A DNA stretch of 64,000 nucleotides from Eledone cirrhosa (lineage: Eukaryota). The notes beneath the pieces were generated by a model. It had not been told where the DNA came from, did not search any database, and worked only from the letters and a program-made list of their open reading frames with translations. How positions within the stretch are numbered: position 1 is the first letter of the stretch; each line of letters opens with the position of its first letter. Of this stretch, positions 29,450-48,485 are shown piece after piece. The DNA lies in the NCBI GenBank assembly GCA_964016885.1, contig CAXHJY010001309.1, positions 19,412 to 83,411 of the forward strand. Direction: 5' to 3'. Both the position numbers and the translations under genes were made by a program.

Positions 29450-30619
29450 ACACACACACTGATATATGTGTGGGTGTGTCTCAGCAGGTGTGTGGCTGTG
29501 TGTGTGTACATATAAAAAGAGTCACAAGAGAAAAAAAAGAAAGGATAGAGGGAGAAGGAATATCTGAAATCGATTTATATTCGTTTTACATGAAAGATTC
29601 CAATCGAGAATAAAATAAAATAAAAATGAAAATATTACAGAACAGAAACAAAGCTTATAGCAATACAAAACCATTCTATTTGAACTTGTAATCTGCTACT
29701 TCTAAATATCTCGTCATGGTTACATAATTTTTATGAGCGTATTTCCGTATTTATATGTTCATTTGAATTGCAGAATATTCTTACATCTGATTAATTGCAA
29801 CTCTCCTTAGGCAACACTTTCATTCTATATGAATAACTAAATCCCATGTTAGTACTTTAATTGCATGCTTCATAGCAAGTTAAATAAATAGCTTTAATAT
29901 CTCGATTTCCTATCGGAGACTGAATCCCCAGGGATACCGAAAAAAATGCATGTAGTTTTATTTTTCATGTTCTATTCTTTATGATTCTATCATAACTCTT
30001 TTTTCCAATATTTAGACAGAATGTGGCTATGTGGTTTTCTCTCTAATTGCGCTTCAACTCGAATTCGTCATACTGCTGTGCACACATATTTTAAGAACTT
30101 TATTTCATTCCATGGTGTTTTGTACGAATTCTAGAAACGTTACGAAACCAATGTATGTTTACTAGTGGAGATTAGATTCTAGTTGGGAAAATAATCATTA
30201 AACAGCAAAGCGTCGAAGAACATTTTCGGTAATGAAACTATATATAACGAGGATGTCAAGGCTTAAATGCCTTTGATCTGGTCGACTGCTACCGAGATTG
30301 AACTAACCAACAAGAATAAAAATAAAAATGTATAAGTTTGAAGCAGTAACAGTGGGAGAAATCATTGAGCTGTATTACCGATATGATACTCCCTCGAGGA
30401 GATGAGACTTTTAATGGTGAGCGTAAAAATAATGTTAGGATTTGTAAAAGGAGGAGCATTGAAAAGCCGGATATTTCTGAGATTAAGTAGGTTAAACATT
30501 ACTAGTTCAAGGTCAAAATTTTATAGTTGCATAAGTAATTAGAAGTGAAACCATAAACTCATAATATAGGTTCTTATATCTTTACGAATATGTACCGAAA
30601 TACACACCTCTATTCTTTA

Positions 30620-30657
<38 letters not shown>

Positions 30658-30716
30658 TGGAGTGAATGCGTCTGGTGCGTGCGTTTCTTATAGGCAACAT
30701 GACCCTCCCAAATCAT

Positions 30717-31003
<287 letters not shown>

Positions 31004-31827
31004 GTGTATATATATAAGTGTACATATATATATATATATATATATATGGGTGGGTGTGGGTGATTGTATGGGTGTGTGTGTGTATGTGTGTATATGTGTG
31101 CGTGTGCGTGTGTGTGTGCGTGTGTATGTGTGTGTGTGTGCGTGTGTGTGTGTACAACTTGAAAGATAAAAGTAATTGTTCTTCCCTCCTCAATGCTATC
31201 ATATGTATATTGTACGATATTCCGATTGATAGACAAAGCGTAACTACAGTTGAGAAATAGGCCGATCCCTAGCAATAGTCTGCTGACAGGACACTTGAAT
31301 CACAATGGTTACTTTGATAAATTCTATTAAAAACTCTTCGCTACGCTGTCAGTGAAAATATCTATTAATCATGTACGTACCTTCATCAATTGTTCAAATA
31401 ATGTTTAGATTGACTTTCTCGGTGAAAGTTAGGCTTTTTTCTCCGTGAAATGTTGTTGTTGATATATAGAAATGTCTGGTTTGTACACAATTCTTTAAAA
31501 CATCCTTGTAAACAACTGAGAAAACCTTTCGAATGAACGATATCGAAATATGGCAACTTGTTATTATGACGTCATCGTATTGTTGAATTACACTTTAAAA
31601 TATCTATCTATGTTTCACACGTGCAATCTCTCTCTCTCTATCTTTCTCCCTCTCTCCCTCTCTCCCTCTCTCCCTCTCTCTCTCTCGTTCTCTATCTCCC
31701 TCTGTCACCACTAACAACAAGAACAACAACATGCAGTTATTATTTTTTTGAAAGTCTGACGACAATACTTTTATTCTTTTTCGAGTAAACAGTAAATACA
31801 GCCAAACTAATATATTAGCACTTAGTT

Positions 31828-32040
31828 GGGCGGGGGATTGGCAGTATCGGTAGAGCGTCAGACGCCATGCCTTGCAGCATAGAGTTACGGCCCTTTATGA
31901 TCTGAATTCAAATTCCGCCGAGGTTAAATTTGCATTTCATCATTACGGGGTCAATAAAATAAAGTACCAATCCCGCACTGATTCGATTTAATCGACTTTC
32001 CCCTCCCCTAAAATTGCCGGACTTGTGCCCATATAAGAAA
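31828..32040 (+). mobile_element. Full-length tRNA-type SINE with ~22-bp target-site duplication
   Basis: A-box-like tggcagtatcgg and B-box-like aattcaaattcc. Flanks are aaactaatatattagcacttag (31804-31825) and aaactaatatattagcccttag (32038-32059). Confidence 0.85.
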
Positions 32041-32167
32041 CTAATATATTAGCCCTTAGGTGATATTTCTATTTCAACTCGTTCAGATTTTGTTTTGGCT
32101 TTAGGTGAAACACTGTCACTGATTCAATATCATATCCTCTTTATTGTGCTAAGAATATCATAGATTG

Positions 32168-32920
32168 CATCGCTATATCTTTGGACCCGTAGAGTAACAT
32201 ACCTTGGGGCAGCGCTATATCTTTGGACCCGTAGAGTAACATATTTTGGGGCAGCGCTATATCTTTGGACCCGTAGAGTGACATACTTTGGGACTGCGCT
32301 ATATATTTGGACCTATTGAGTAACATACTTTGAGGCAACACTATATCTTTGGACCAGTAGAGTAACATACCTTGGGGCAGCGCTATATCTTTGATCTTGT
32401 AGAGTAACATATTTTGGGGCAACACTATATTTTTGGACCTGTAGAGTAACATACTATGGGGCAGCGCTATATATTTGGACCTGTAGAGTAACATACTTTG
32501 GGGCAGCGCTATATATTTAGACCTGTAGAGTAACATACTTTGGGGCAGCGCTATATATTTAGACCTGTAGAGTAACATACTTTGGGGCAGCGCTATATAT
32601 TTAGACCTGTAGAGTAACATACTTTGGGGCAGCGCTATATATTTAGACCTGTAGAGTAACATATTTTGGGGCAGCGCTATATATTTAGACCTGTAGAGTA
32701 ACATACTTTGGGGCAGCGCTATATATTTAGACCTGTAGAGTAACATATTTTGGGGCAGCGCTATATATTTAGACCTGTAGAGTAACATATTTTGACGTGA
32801 GGCTATATCTTTAGACCTGTACAATAACACCCTTTGACATGCTATCTATTTAGACCTATTGAGTAACATTCTTTGAGGTAGTGCTATATCTTTGGACCTG
32901 CAGAGTGACATCCTTTGACC
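32168..32920. repeat. 42-bp minisatellite, ~18 copies
   Basis: Unit ggggcagcgctatatatttagacctgtagagtaacatacttt, homogeneous in the centre and degenerate at the edges. Confidence 0.92.
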
Positions 32921-33319
32921 CGCCGGTTATGACAAACACATTCCTTTAGGAAAAGCCTCTATTTATTAGCCTTATATGATATTGCCTTTTGGGTACTCTG
33001 TAACTCGCAACATTTCTCTCCACGGTGTGTAGCCACAGAGGTCATTTAATTTCATTCACTGATAAAACATTTGTTTAGCTGCATATTCTGCTTCCAGTAA
33101 TATATTGCTTACACACACACATAGATACACACACACATAGATACACCACATTCACTCACACACTCTTACAAATACAAACACTTAAACACAAACATATATA
33201 CATACACTTCCATACATGTACATACACACATACATACAATTTATCTCAAACAGGCTTTGTCCAATCCGTTTCTGTAAACTTCAAGTGTACACACATTAAT
33301 TGAAACGCTTCATCTAATC

Positions 33320-33650
33320 ACACCAACCAAACAATAGTAGTCCATTTGGTAGTTTCTCGTCTATTATCTGAATATATTGTTCTCCTGAGGTAGCATATAT
33401 CTGCACGATAATGTTCGATTTTTCTACATCTATAGAAATCTAACCCAATAAAGAGGCCCCTACAACTGTGCATTCTATCCCTCGAGTGTATACATACTAT
33501 AGTGATGTTAATTACATGTCTTCTTAGTCTTTCATCTAGCATTTCAAAGCTAGTGGAAAGGAATTATAAACAATACCCACTTTCATCAAGTTGATTGCAG
33601 CTTCAATTTCGTTTCAATAAACGCCAATAGGGATCCGAATAAACAATCTC
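33320..33650 (-). pseudogene. Possible decayed Tc1/mariner transposase fragment
   Basis: Broken - strand translation gives ...LDESGYCL...GASLLG*ISIDVEKSNII...SGEQYIQIIDEKL. This recalls the SDES...WG.....KS.L.....S..YI.IL...L part of DDE/D domains. Confidence 0.35.
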
Positions 33651-35214
33651 TGAAGCACTAATACTCAATCGCATATTCTTATCTCCTCTTCACAAATTAT
33701 CCGACTAGTTCTCAACAATATAATGAAAACAACCATTTTTTCAGGCAGTAATACTACCCACACAAATTAAAACATTATGCATATTTCTTCTCCAAGACCT
33801 TTATACGTATATTACTGCAAATTATCGAAATCTCCAATGTGTGGTGGGTGTTCTGCCATTGCTTTAATGTATTTCAGAAATTAATTGCAGAATAGTCTTC
33901 ATTTCTTATCTATGAGGGCGTTACTTTACAGGGAATATTACCGAAACACATATGTTTTACACATTCACTGCTCAATGAAGAACTATATACATTAACGTTG
34001 CGAAAATATAAAAGGATAAGTTAAAGAACAGATTGATCATAGGCCTGCTCTCCGAGCATTAACCCCACGATAAATAACATTGTGGAAATGTGATATTTTG
34101 GGTCTACCGCATACGAAAAATACAACATATATCCGAATTGTTACGGCAGTTCCTAAGTTGATCAAATATTTAGATTAATATATTGCCACATGGTAAAATC
34201 GAATATAAATGTTTTCTCTGTGTTGTTTCCATAAAGATAATTCAATATATATATATTTCTTTTTAAATGTTTTCTTCATTACATTATTTTGTGGTATATT
34301 AGTATTGACAGAATAATAGGCAGACAGCAAAAAAGAAAGTGTTTCTTTAGTGAAAGATAAAATATAAAGATCACAAAAGCCGTTAGTGTCTCTGTGTTCT
34401 GTCTCAATATTGCACTAACATTGTAAGGGTGTACTGATGTAAAATTGGATCGTCCAGCGATTTGTCCAGCCAAATATGTAGATGCAGATCTTTCAGTAGA
34501 CTGGTGTGACTATATATATATATAATTAATCTCACACGAACTAATATATAATTTTCTCTCTATATTTTCTGAGTAAATCACTCATCAAATTTAACGGTTA
34601 ACAAACACAATTGGAATTATATTTCCTTTCTCAATCGTGCAAACATAAACATATAGCTAAATTAACAATATTCTGAAAACATTTTCAATGTTGAACAAAA
34701 TGTTCGAATCTACAATCTGTACTCCTCTCACAACTTGAACCACCTATTTTTTATGATAAATAGAAAATCAACATCATTCGTAACTCATATTAGAAATATA
34801 AACAACTAATAATTGTAAATTATTTCTATTTCTATAATACTAATACATGCACACGTATTAATCTATATAGATATTATATACATATAACCCATTGTAATAT
34901 AATAAGATAAAAATACTTACAACCATAATTCTTCATATAATCTAATTGATTATATATACAATATTATAACTCATAATATAGGTAAATAAATTTACATTTA
35001 AACCCAAATTAACGTAAATACAAGCTATTCTTCCTTTTTCTTCTTTCCTGCGCATACATAACCATATGATAATTATTTAAATTCTCCATAGCGTCAAAAA
35101 TAACGTTCTTTTCATCCTTTTACCTCAATCTTATTTGCATACTCATCTTAATAATTTGAAATATCTGACTGTTCTTCTCTTATCGCTTCACTATCCAAAG
35201 AAAACTTGAACCGT

Positions 35215-35334
35215 TAAGGTATTTTTTTTGGTTATGTCAGAAATTTATAAAACACACTTCGTATTTTATGTGATGAAATTTATATAATAGAATAAATATG
35301 GTTTTAAAAATATAGTTTCCATTTATTTAATATC

Positions 35335-35338
<4 letters not shown>
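35215..35338 (+). mobile_element. Family J (TA)n-terminated short element (also 49443-49588 and fold-back 56036-56159)
   Basis: Shared tail taaatatggttt...atagtttccatttatttaatatc followed by (TA)n. Confidence 0.7.
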
Positions 35339-35379
<41 letters not shown>

Positions 35380-35389
35380 ATATATATAT

Positions 35390-35446
<57 letters not shown>

Positions 35447-35492
35447 AATATATAAAAAATATATATATATATATATAAAATATATATATATA

Positions 35493-35527
<35 letters not shown>

Positions 35528-35576
35528 AATATATATATAAATATATATATAAATATATATATAAATATATATATAA

Positions 35577-35627
<51 letters not shown>

Positions 35628-36259
35628 GATAAATCTACCAAGAGTGTACGGTAGTGTCCAATCCGGGGGTGTGTGTGTGTATGTATGTTCGTAGTTATGT
35701 GTATGTTTATGCATATACGCGCGTGTGTGTGTGAGTGTACGGATATGTGTGAGTATGTGAATATGTGTATACATTTATTTCATATTTATGTGTCTATACG
35801 CATTTTATCTGTGGATTATAAACTTACAGAGACATTAGCCTTGAATTTTTGTATTTGCATACATCTTTTTGGCATGCGTATGCATGTGAGCTTATATCTT
35901 TGTATAAATATGTGTATGAAGTTAATTACATGTATATACACACACCAAACTGCATAAAATTTTTTGTATTTTCATTGGTCAATTTGAACTCCGTTCCCAA
36001 ACGGACCTGAAATTTTGAATTGTTGTTATTATCAATAAATATATTTCATTATTTCTGAAGACGGCATATATGTGTGTTTGGTATGTATATTTAATCTTGA
36101 TAGTTTGTATAATTTTGTATAATTTTGTACATAGATCTGTTGAATATGCATGCCAATTCTAACACATATATATCCTAGAAACGATCGGTAAATAATGAAC
36201 TTTTTTTGTTTAATATAAGGAACTGTTTCATTGTTTTATTCATTATTTTTTTAATATTT

Positions 36260-38477
<2,218 letters not shown>

Positions 38478-38506
38478 GTATCCTAACTCGTGTGCTTCCT
38501 CTCCAC

Positions 38507-38580
<74 letters not shown>

Positions 38581-39071
38581 AATTGTACATTTACATATAG
38601 GGAGAAGAAGGCTATTCGAGTCTGCGTAATTGTCCATATACATTTCTATCTCTATCTCTTAAGTATATGGACATGCAAATATGCCAAATATATGCACTAA
38701 ATGCAATTTAGGACGGGCCTTCTAGGATATGAAGGGAATGTGTATATCAGACACTTGATTACGCATGTGATTGCATTTCTTTGGTGATTATCTGTTTGAT
38801 GATGAAAGCCCAGCTAAGCTTGAACAACATTATACTTACTTATCATGTACTTTTTAGTTGACATAGTAATACTATCTGCTGTTCGGTAATAACACATATT
38901 TATATATTAGTCGGTGATTATTGAGACATAATCCGCCATTGCTAAATGTATAGGTCATGTCGGGACACTGCGGATACATCATGAAAGAAAGAGGAACAGG
39001 TGGTACTGGATATTCGGAAATTCCATAGCAAAGAAACCGTAATTATTTATTTGTTCCAGAGTATCCATTAA

Positions 39072-39292
39072 CCCTTTAGCATTTACTTTACTCTATATTT
39101 ACTATTATATTTTTGTGGTAAAAGCTGTATCTTACATAAATATCCCACATACTATCGAATCTACGAGATTATTATATTATTAATTTTGAGAATAATATGT
39201 CAACCTCAGTATGTGCAACAAGTTATGACCGGTTTGAGCAGAAAGAGGTGAGAGAATTCTGGTCGGATACAGCCGGTTTAAATGCAAAAGGG
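39072..39292. mobile_element. piggyBac-type MITE with TTAA target duplication
   Basis: TTAA|ccctttagcattta ... taaatgcaaaaggg|TTAA. Confidence 0.8.
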
Positions 39293-39531
39293 TTAAAATA
39301 TTAGAGAGACGTTTACGGACTTTGACTGCCAAAGTGTTTTCACGAGTAAACCATGATATAGTAAGACATATTTCCGGTTCTCCATATATATATATCGAGT
39401 ATGAAATGGTTTCATAATGTCCGCTTTCACATCGACAAATACATAATCCGCGGCTAATTTATTAAAGAAACAGGAACAAGTGAGATTGGGGAACCGCAAA
39501 TACGTCTTATATATATATATATATATATATA

Positions 39532-39729
39532 TTAAAATAACAGATTAAAGTTTAAGCAAAGAATCGGTGCTTTCACCCTTAGAAGATCCCGTTAAGGGTG
39601 AAAGCAGCTATTCTTTGCTTAAACTTTAATCTGCTATTTTAATAAATATTTGCTCTACGGTTCTTATATATTTGATATATATTTATCCTTATCGAGCCCT
39701 CTTTGGATTTTAGTTTTCAAATTTATTAT

Positions 39730-39735
<6 letters not shown>
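39532..39735 (+). mobile_element. Family D fold-back element (tails also at ~42119-42183 + and ~54365-54496 -)
   Basis: Hairpin at 39532-39643 around gaagatcccgt. Tail tatccttatcgagccctctttggattttagt...tttattat runs into (TA)n. Confidence 0.75.
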
Positions 39736-39790
<55 letters not shown>

Positions 39791-39872
39791 CATATACATA
39801 CATATATATATTATCTACCTATCTATCTATCTATAAGCAGGGAAGATCGGACATAAAATGGTGATGATGATG

Positions 39873-39958
<86 letters not shown>

Positions 39959-42178
39959 GTATATATATATTGTATTATATTATGGTATATATAAAATATG
40001 TTATCTGTTCAATAATGACTTTCTATTTTAAAGAAATCACATTAATCGTATGAAACAAATTAAACGTACGAAAAAAATTAATACAAAATACTGAAACTTG
40101 AAGTCAATTTATCAAGATTGGTCTGCATCATTAATCTAAACTTCACTTTATCGTTCTCATGAAATGAAACAGTTAATTTCCTATAGAAAATTATATTTTA
40201 ATTTAATTTAATTTTTGCTTGTTTTGCTATCCAATTTATACAATTTCGGTGGTATTCTATGGTCTGTTTTATTTTTAAATGTGTTGTCGGCCTCGCATGT
40301 ATCTGTATCTCTCAACGCTTAATCCATTAATAGAAATATTATTGCACAGCTTGTTGTAACTTTATTAATAAAGATTATCATAATTGTTATAATGTTAAAA
40401 GCTGAGTAAAGTCACAGATTTATATAATTTAACAATTCACCTTGGAACTCATTTAAATAAAGTTTTGTGATATTTTATTTCTAATTAGTTGATTAAGTTA
40501 TTGAGATATTTTATTGCAAAACCACCATTGCATATAAATGAGAGGAGGGTAAACACAAAAAAATAATATCGAATTGGAATTTTTCTCCTCTTTTAATCAT
40601 ACAGTGATCTCTTAAAATGAAAGCATTAATGAAATAATAAACTTGAAAGCAAGTGTATAATTATGTGTAGCCTTGTGTATTTCATTAGTATTTTATTTTA
40701 ATATATTATAGATTTTTGTAGTTATTTGTTTTTGCTTTTCTGTTTTGAAATCATTAAATAAAAGGGGTATGTCAACCTTCATGGCAAGATGTTATATGAT
40801 ATCAATAATGCATTCCATACATAGGAAATAACTTAACAGAGAATTGATTAATGTGAAAGACAAGAGACAATATTTTGTCATGGGTGAAACTGGTGTATGC
40901 TACAACATTTAACGCATGCGTATTTGTATTTACCATATAATACACGAATACAATGACATAACATATCTGAAAATTCAATATTATCTGCCATATTCGTATT
41001 CTCTATTCTTTAATCTACTAAAGTATTCAGTCTCCTTTAACATCAAAATTTACAGAAATTCTATAAAGTGTCATGAATTTATCCTCTTAAAAGTAATTTA
41101 TATCCACTTTTCTTTGATATCATGAGTTGTCACTTAATAGTGAACAGTTCTGTCTTTTGTTATTTTTTTATGTCTTTTTTTCTTTAATCACATTTTCTGA
41201 AATTTCCGCTGTCTATACTTTGAAACAATTAGTAAAATTAAAATGTGAACAGCTTCCATTCCAAAACGAACGATCTTGAAAGAAATATTTCTTCAAATAC
41301 AAAACAAATATTAAAGTAAAATTATGAATCAGGTTATCGAAAGCCACGTACGACTCCGAACATGAATAAAATAAAACAATATAACGATAAAGCAAAGGCC
41401 ACGGTGAGAATGATGGTCTTTATGACAGCTGCAGTACCGGCTTCAGACTAGTTGCTGTCAATGTATTAGCCTGTATATAATACCATAACTGTAACAGACA
41501 TTCCATAGATAATTTGCGCAAGGTGCTAATACGTAACTTTAGAAACTAAGGACTGAAATTAACCCTAGACACAAACTTGACCAATAACAATTTATGAGAA
41601 GCTAACTTGGTTTTAGTTACTTAAGCTTTACAATAAATCTAACGAAGTTCTTAGTTATATGAATAGGCGATAATGTCACACTTCAGTTATCTTTAAAGAT
41701 ATAGTCCCTAACATTAATGTTTTCTACTTTTCTACAAAGCCAACAGTTTAAAAGTAAACAGAAAGTCGATTAAATCGATACCAATGCGTTACCAATGTTT
41801 TATTTTATCTTACCTACCTAGCCATATATTTAGATGTGTAACACATACCTACTCTATAATATGCAGGTTGGAAAAAGCTGAACGAAGAAACAATATATAG
41901 GGTTGGCGAACTGGGGAGAGAGAAATACCAATGGTGTTAACAACTGAAGAGTATGTAAGGAAAGGAATTAGTCTGTTGAAAGAGAAGTGGTGTTGGAAAG
42001 GTAGGATTGACCAGCTGAGAATGTAGAGTGTGAAAGGCAGGAAGAAATAAGACAATGGCAAGAGAGAATGACAGAAAATGTATACTCACACTCACACAAA
42101 CAGACACACACACATGTATATATATTTATCCTTATCGAGCCCTCTTTCGATTTTAGTCTTCAAATTTATTATTATTAC

Positions 42179-42242
<64 letters not shown>

Positions 42243-42691
42243 TTGTGCGTGCGTGTGTGTGTATATATAAATATATATATGCGTGGGGGTGTAGGTATGT
42301 GCATGTGTATGTGTGTGTGTGATAAGCCAACGACTTTACGCAAGTTATTGAATTATCAGAATATAGAAAGATTGAGTAAAAATAGAAGTCGAGATTTTTT
42401 TCAAGAGGAAAACACATGTGAAGTTATTCAGCCATTTCAATATTCGTGCATTAAATATTCATTTATTACATACCTACCGAGGGAGAGATAAGAATCAATG
42501 ATTTCAAACATATGCCAGTGTGTGTACATATTCATGTGTTTTTTTGTATGTCAGTACCTGTGCGTGTGTTTGTGTATATGCGTTTCATTGTGTGAATGTC
42601 TTTGAGAAAGCTTATGAAGATAATGATATCTGTCAGACAAATTCGAGGTTGAAATATTATCATCTGTGTAGATTATTTTTATATGTGCGAA

Positions 42692-42905
42692 GGGCGTCGA
42701 TTGGCAGTATCGGTAGATTCGGACACCATGCTTTGCAGCATAGATTTACGGTCCTTTACATCCTGATTTCAAATCCCGTCGAGGTTAACTGTGCCTTTCG
42801 TCCTTACATGGTCGATAAAATAAGGTACCAATAACGTACTGCGGTTCAATTTAATCGACTTTCCCCTCCCCTCAAATAACTAGTATTTTGCCTATACTAG
42901 AAATC
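42692..42905 (+). mobile_element. tRNA-type SINE, near full length
   Basis: Collinear with 31828-32040. Confidence 0.85.
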
Positions 42906-43859
42906 ATTAGTTTCATATGTGGGAGGATGTGCTCGTGCGTCGCTGAGCTGACCAGCTTAGAGAGTGACACAGTTTGAACAGTCACGCGTGTGTTTCGATC
43001 TATAAACATGTTCACGGGTACCTCTACAGATGTGATCTTGAACAAAGTTTATATACATATATGCATACATATAAAGCACACACACATTCACACCGTTATA
43101 GAGTGGGAAGCAGACAGTGGGTCATGCATGCAATTCGGCATGTCCGATGTCATGTTTAAGAACCAAGTACCTCTATATGGCACCTAAAACATCACGTACG
43201 ACATTAGACAATTGAGCTCCTAAACCGCAATCTCTTTTAATATGTTTTTGTATTTGGAAGTACCATATTTTAATGTACGGTATTAAATAGCATGCAACGT
43301 CTTTAGAGCAAAAATTAGAACGAAAATATAAACATGAATTGTATCGTTATTCAAATTAAATTTATAAAGAAACACAATACACGTTGGTTCCTTGAAATGT
43401 GAAATATAAAATACACTATAACATATATAGATAGTATAGATCTCTCCATTCCAACAGCCAGTATTTCAGACATAAAAAAGCAGATATTTTACTTCCGTTA
43501 GAAATATATGCTTGCAGAGATATAAAAATTCCGGTGTATTAACGGCATTGGTTTGTATAATATTGTAAGAAACGAACGAAAACTGTCAGAGTGACCCATC
43601 AAATCCATGAACGAATGTATACGATAAGAATATAAGGTAATAAAGTACAGCAATATATAACAGGCAATAAACAAAGCCACTTGTGAATCTGTGATTAAGA
43701 TTTGCACCATAAAACATCACATCGATCCGAAGTTGTATGTTTATGAAGTTTAAGAAGGAGTGTTTTTCTTATTATCCCCAGAGATTCCTTCCGGTAACAT
43801 CTTAAGTGTAATATATCGGAAAGTATTCCACATAAGTATACCATATATGCACGCGAATG

Positions 43860-45820
<1,961 letters not shown>

Positions 45821-46209
45821 TGTGTGTGTGATCTTTGTTCACATCCTCGTTGTTCCCATATGATAACCTTAAATATGACCTTATCAAGTGACAATCCTCT
45901 CTGAAATGTAACGGACAACTCTTTGTAGTGGAAGTATGGGAGAAAGCTCAATAATACTCACTCATAATATTTAATGCGCTGTTAGAAATGCACATGTGTG
46001 TATTGCTGCAAAGATAGGGAAAATTCAATGATATCAACAGGACTATGGAAATCAGTAATACATCCGTTTTTTAATCGATAAATATATATTGAGACTGTAC
46101 ATTGCGTTGTATAATGGAAAATGTAAATATCACGAGACGATATAATAAATATAGACTATGTATTATTTTAGCGCTTCAAATAAATAATACCACTTTGAAT
46201 AACAAGTCA

Positions 46210-46260
<51 letters not shown>

Positions 46261-46264
<4 letters not shown>

Positions 46265-46454
46265 AAGGAATTGTGGTATGGAACCAGATGGACCATAACG
46301 CAGCAGAGTACTCAATACTTAGGGTAGTAGAGTGGGTAATAGGAACAAGTATGACCCCGACGGCAGAGCTCAAGCCGTATCGACGGCTATATCTGGACTC
46401 CTGATATAGCCGTCGAAACGGCTTGAGCTCTGCCGTCGGGGTCTTGCTTTTTCC

Positions 46455-46486
<32 letters not shown>

Positions 46487-46690
46487 ACGAAGGAATTGTG
46501 GTAAGGAACCAGATGGACCATAACGCACCAGAGTACTCAATACTTAGGGTAGTAGAGTGGGAAATAGGAAAAAGTATGACCCCGACGGCAGAGCTCAAGC
46601 CGTTTCGACGGCTATTTCTGGACTAGAAATAGTCCAGAAATAGCCGTCGAAAGGGCTTGAGCTCTGCCGTCGGGGTCATACTTTTTCCTA
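46261..46690. mobile_element. Two adjacent family B fold-back elements
   Basis: 46261-46456 and 46487-46690 each consist of a tail(-) and a core hairpin, pivoting at ~46398 and ~46625. Confidence 0.8.
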
Positions 46691-46863
46691 TATATATATA
46701 TATATATTTATTTAGATTTGTTAGTTCACCACTGGACAGAACATATTCCTTTGTTATATGCCAATACCTGATATCACCGGATCCATATGGAACCCGGTCA
46801 TTGAAATGATCATAGTGTCAAAACCCTTCAAGGATTTACACCAGTCCAGCCTCCTGTTATTTC

Positions 46864-46922
<59 letters not shown>

Positions 46923-47583
46923 GATGGATTCAGTTGGAAACTGGTTAGACCATTACTCAACAGAGTACTCGATACTTGGGGTAGTAGAGTATAGTTATAT
47001 TATAAATTGTCGGGACGCAGTGGGCTCAGCTCTTGCCGTTTCAACAGCTATGTCGAGACTCAGGAACTTACGAATTAGAATATAAATAATTATTCCTGAA
47101 ATATCTATCACATCCAGCAAAACATTGCCACTCAGCCAAAATGAAGACAATTTATAACAAATAAACATTTACTGTACTAGCTGTAACATACGGATTTCTT
47201 GTAATGGTTAGCTTGACAAAATTATATTCCTCCGATTTGATTACGAGAATGTAGGAAAAGAACCAACACACCAAACAATATTGACATCAAAGATTTACAC
47301 TTTACTTCAAGAGAAAATGTTTACTGATTATGTAGATTGCCAATACGAGAAAGTGATCCTTAATGATGACACACATATTTCTTCTTCACTGGAAGACATA
47401 CTACCTTTATCGTATTATATGATGAAAAGAACAGTGAAACGAATATGATCGCCACTACAGCAGAATGTACCTAACTGTATTAGATTTAGTCTACAAAATG
47501 TCTACGCTAAATCTTTAGCAAAACATTATATACTGTTGTCACGCCTTTTAAATTTCTACACTTTTATCCTTCTAAATAGTTAG

Positions 47584-48030
47584 TAAGATCCGCCTCTTCG
47601 TTGCTGTAGTGGAGTCTGTGCTGCTGTACTGGTCTGAAACTTGGACAATGACCAAGAAAATCACTCAGATGGTGGATGAGTGCTACACGAGAAGGCTGAG
47701 CATCGTTCTGAACATTAATCAGTATAGACTAAGGATGAAAAACTCAGAGTTGTACAGGAGCCTACCAAATGTCAGCTTAAAAGTGACACACAGGAGACTG
47801 ATGTTAGGTGGACATGCTCACCGACATCCAGGGTTGACACTGCACTCAGTGCTCCTATGGGAGTCCCCGCATGGACACACTGGGAGTGGAAGACCGAGGT
47901 TAACATATGTTGATGCCCTAAGGACAGACACTGGTCTCTTGAAGACGCAGGACATGGCAGCGATAATGAGGGACAGAGACTGCTGGAGAGAACTCGTCCA
48001 CGAAATCTACACGCCCTAGATAGATAGTTG
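47584..48030 (+). mobile_element. 5'-truncated RTE-clade LINE (C-terminal region of the RT ORF)
   Basis: KIRLFVAVVESVLLYWSETWTMTK...RRLMLGGHAHRH...VLLWESPHG...GRPRLTYVDAL...MRDRDCWR shows typical RTE C-terminal motifs. It ends in a (TAGA)n tail. Confidence 0.88.
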
Positions 48031-48447
48031 GCAATTTCGTGTATTGGATGCAGCTTAGAATATATACGGATAAATCCATATCCTAAATGCACAAATAAAA
48101 ATTGAACTGGTCAGTAGAAGTACTATTGTCCTCGATGCACCAATTCGGAGACCCTTCTACTTTGGTAGATTATACACGGTATTTCAAGCAATAGATTTGT
48201 CGGAATGTATATGTATAACTACATTTGATTGGTCTGTCTAACATTTTCCTTGGTTTTCTATTAATTTGTACATGTGTATCTTAGGTGATTGTGGTCAGAA
48301 TGTTTTCATTTACAATTCTTGCTATATGTTTATAACACTTCTCCGTTTTCAGATGTACATTTTGTTATAATGCCCAGAGGATATAGTCGCAGTTTTAACC
48401 AATATGTATATGTACATACAGTAACATTAGTTTCATGAATATATGTA

Positions 48448-48485
<38 letters not shown>

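Noticed and set aside
31828-32040. tRNA gene
   Set aside because: It has A/B-box-like motifs but no cloverleaf, and is multicopy with a TSD, so it is a SINE.
34279-34508. Open frame on the - strand (STERSASTYLAGQIAGRSNFTSVHPYNV...)
   Set aside because: No clear acceptor or donor site and no recognisable family.
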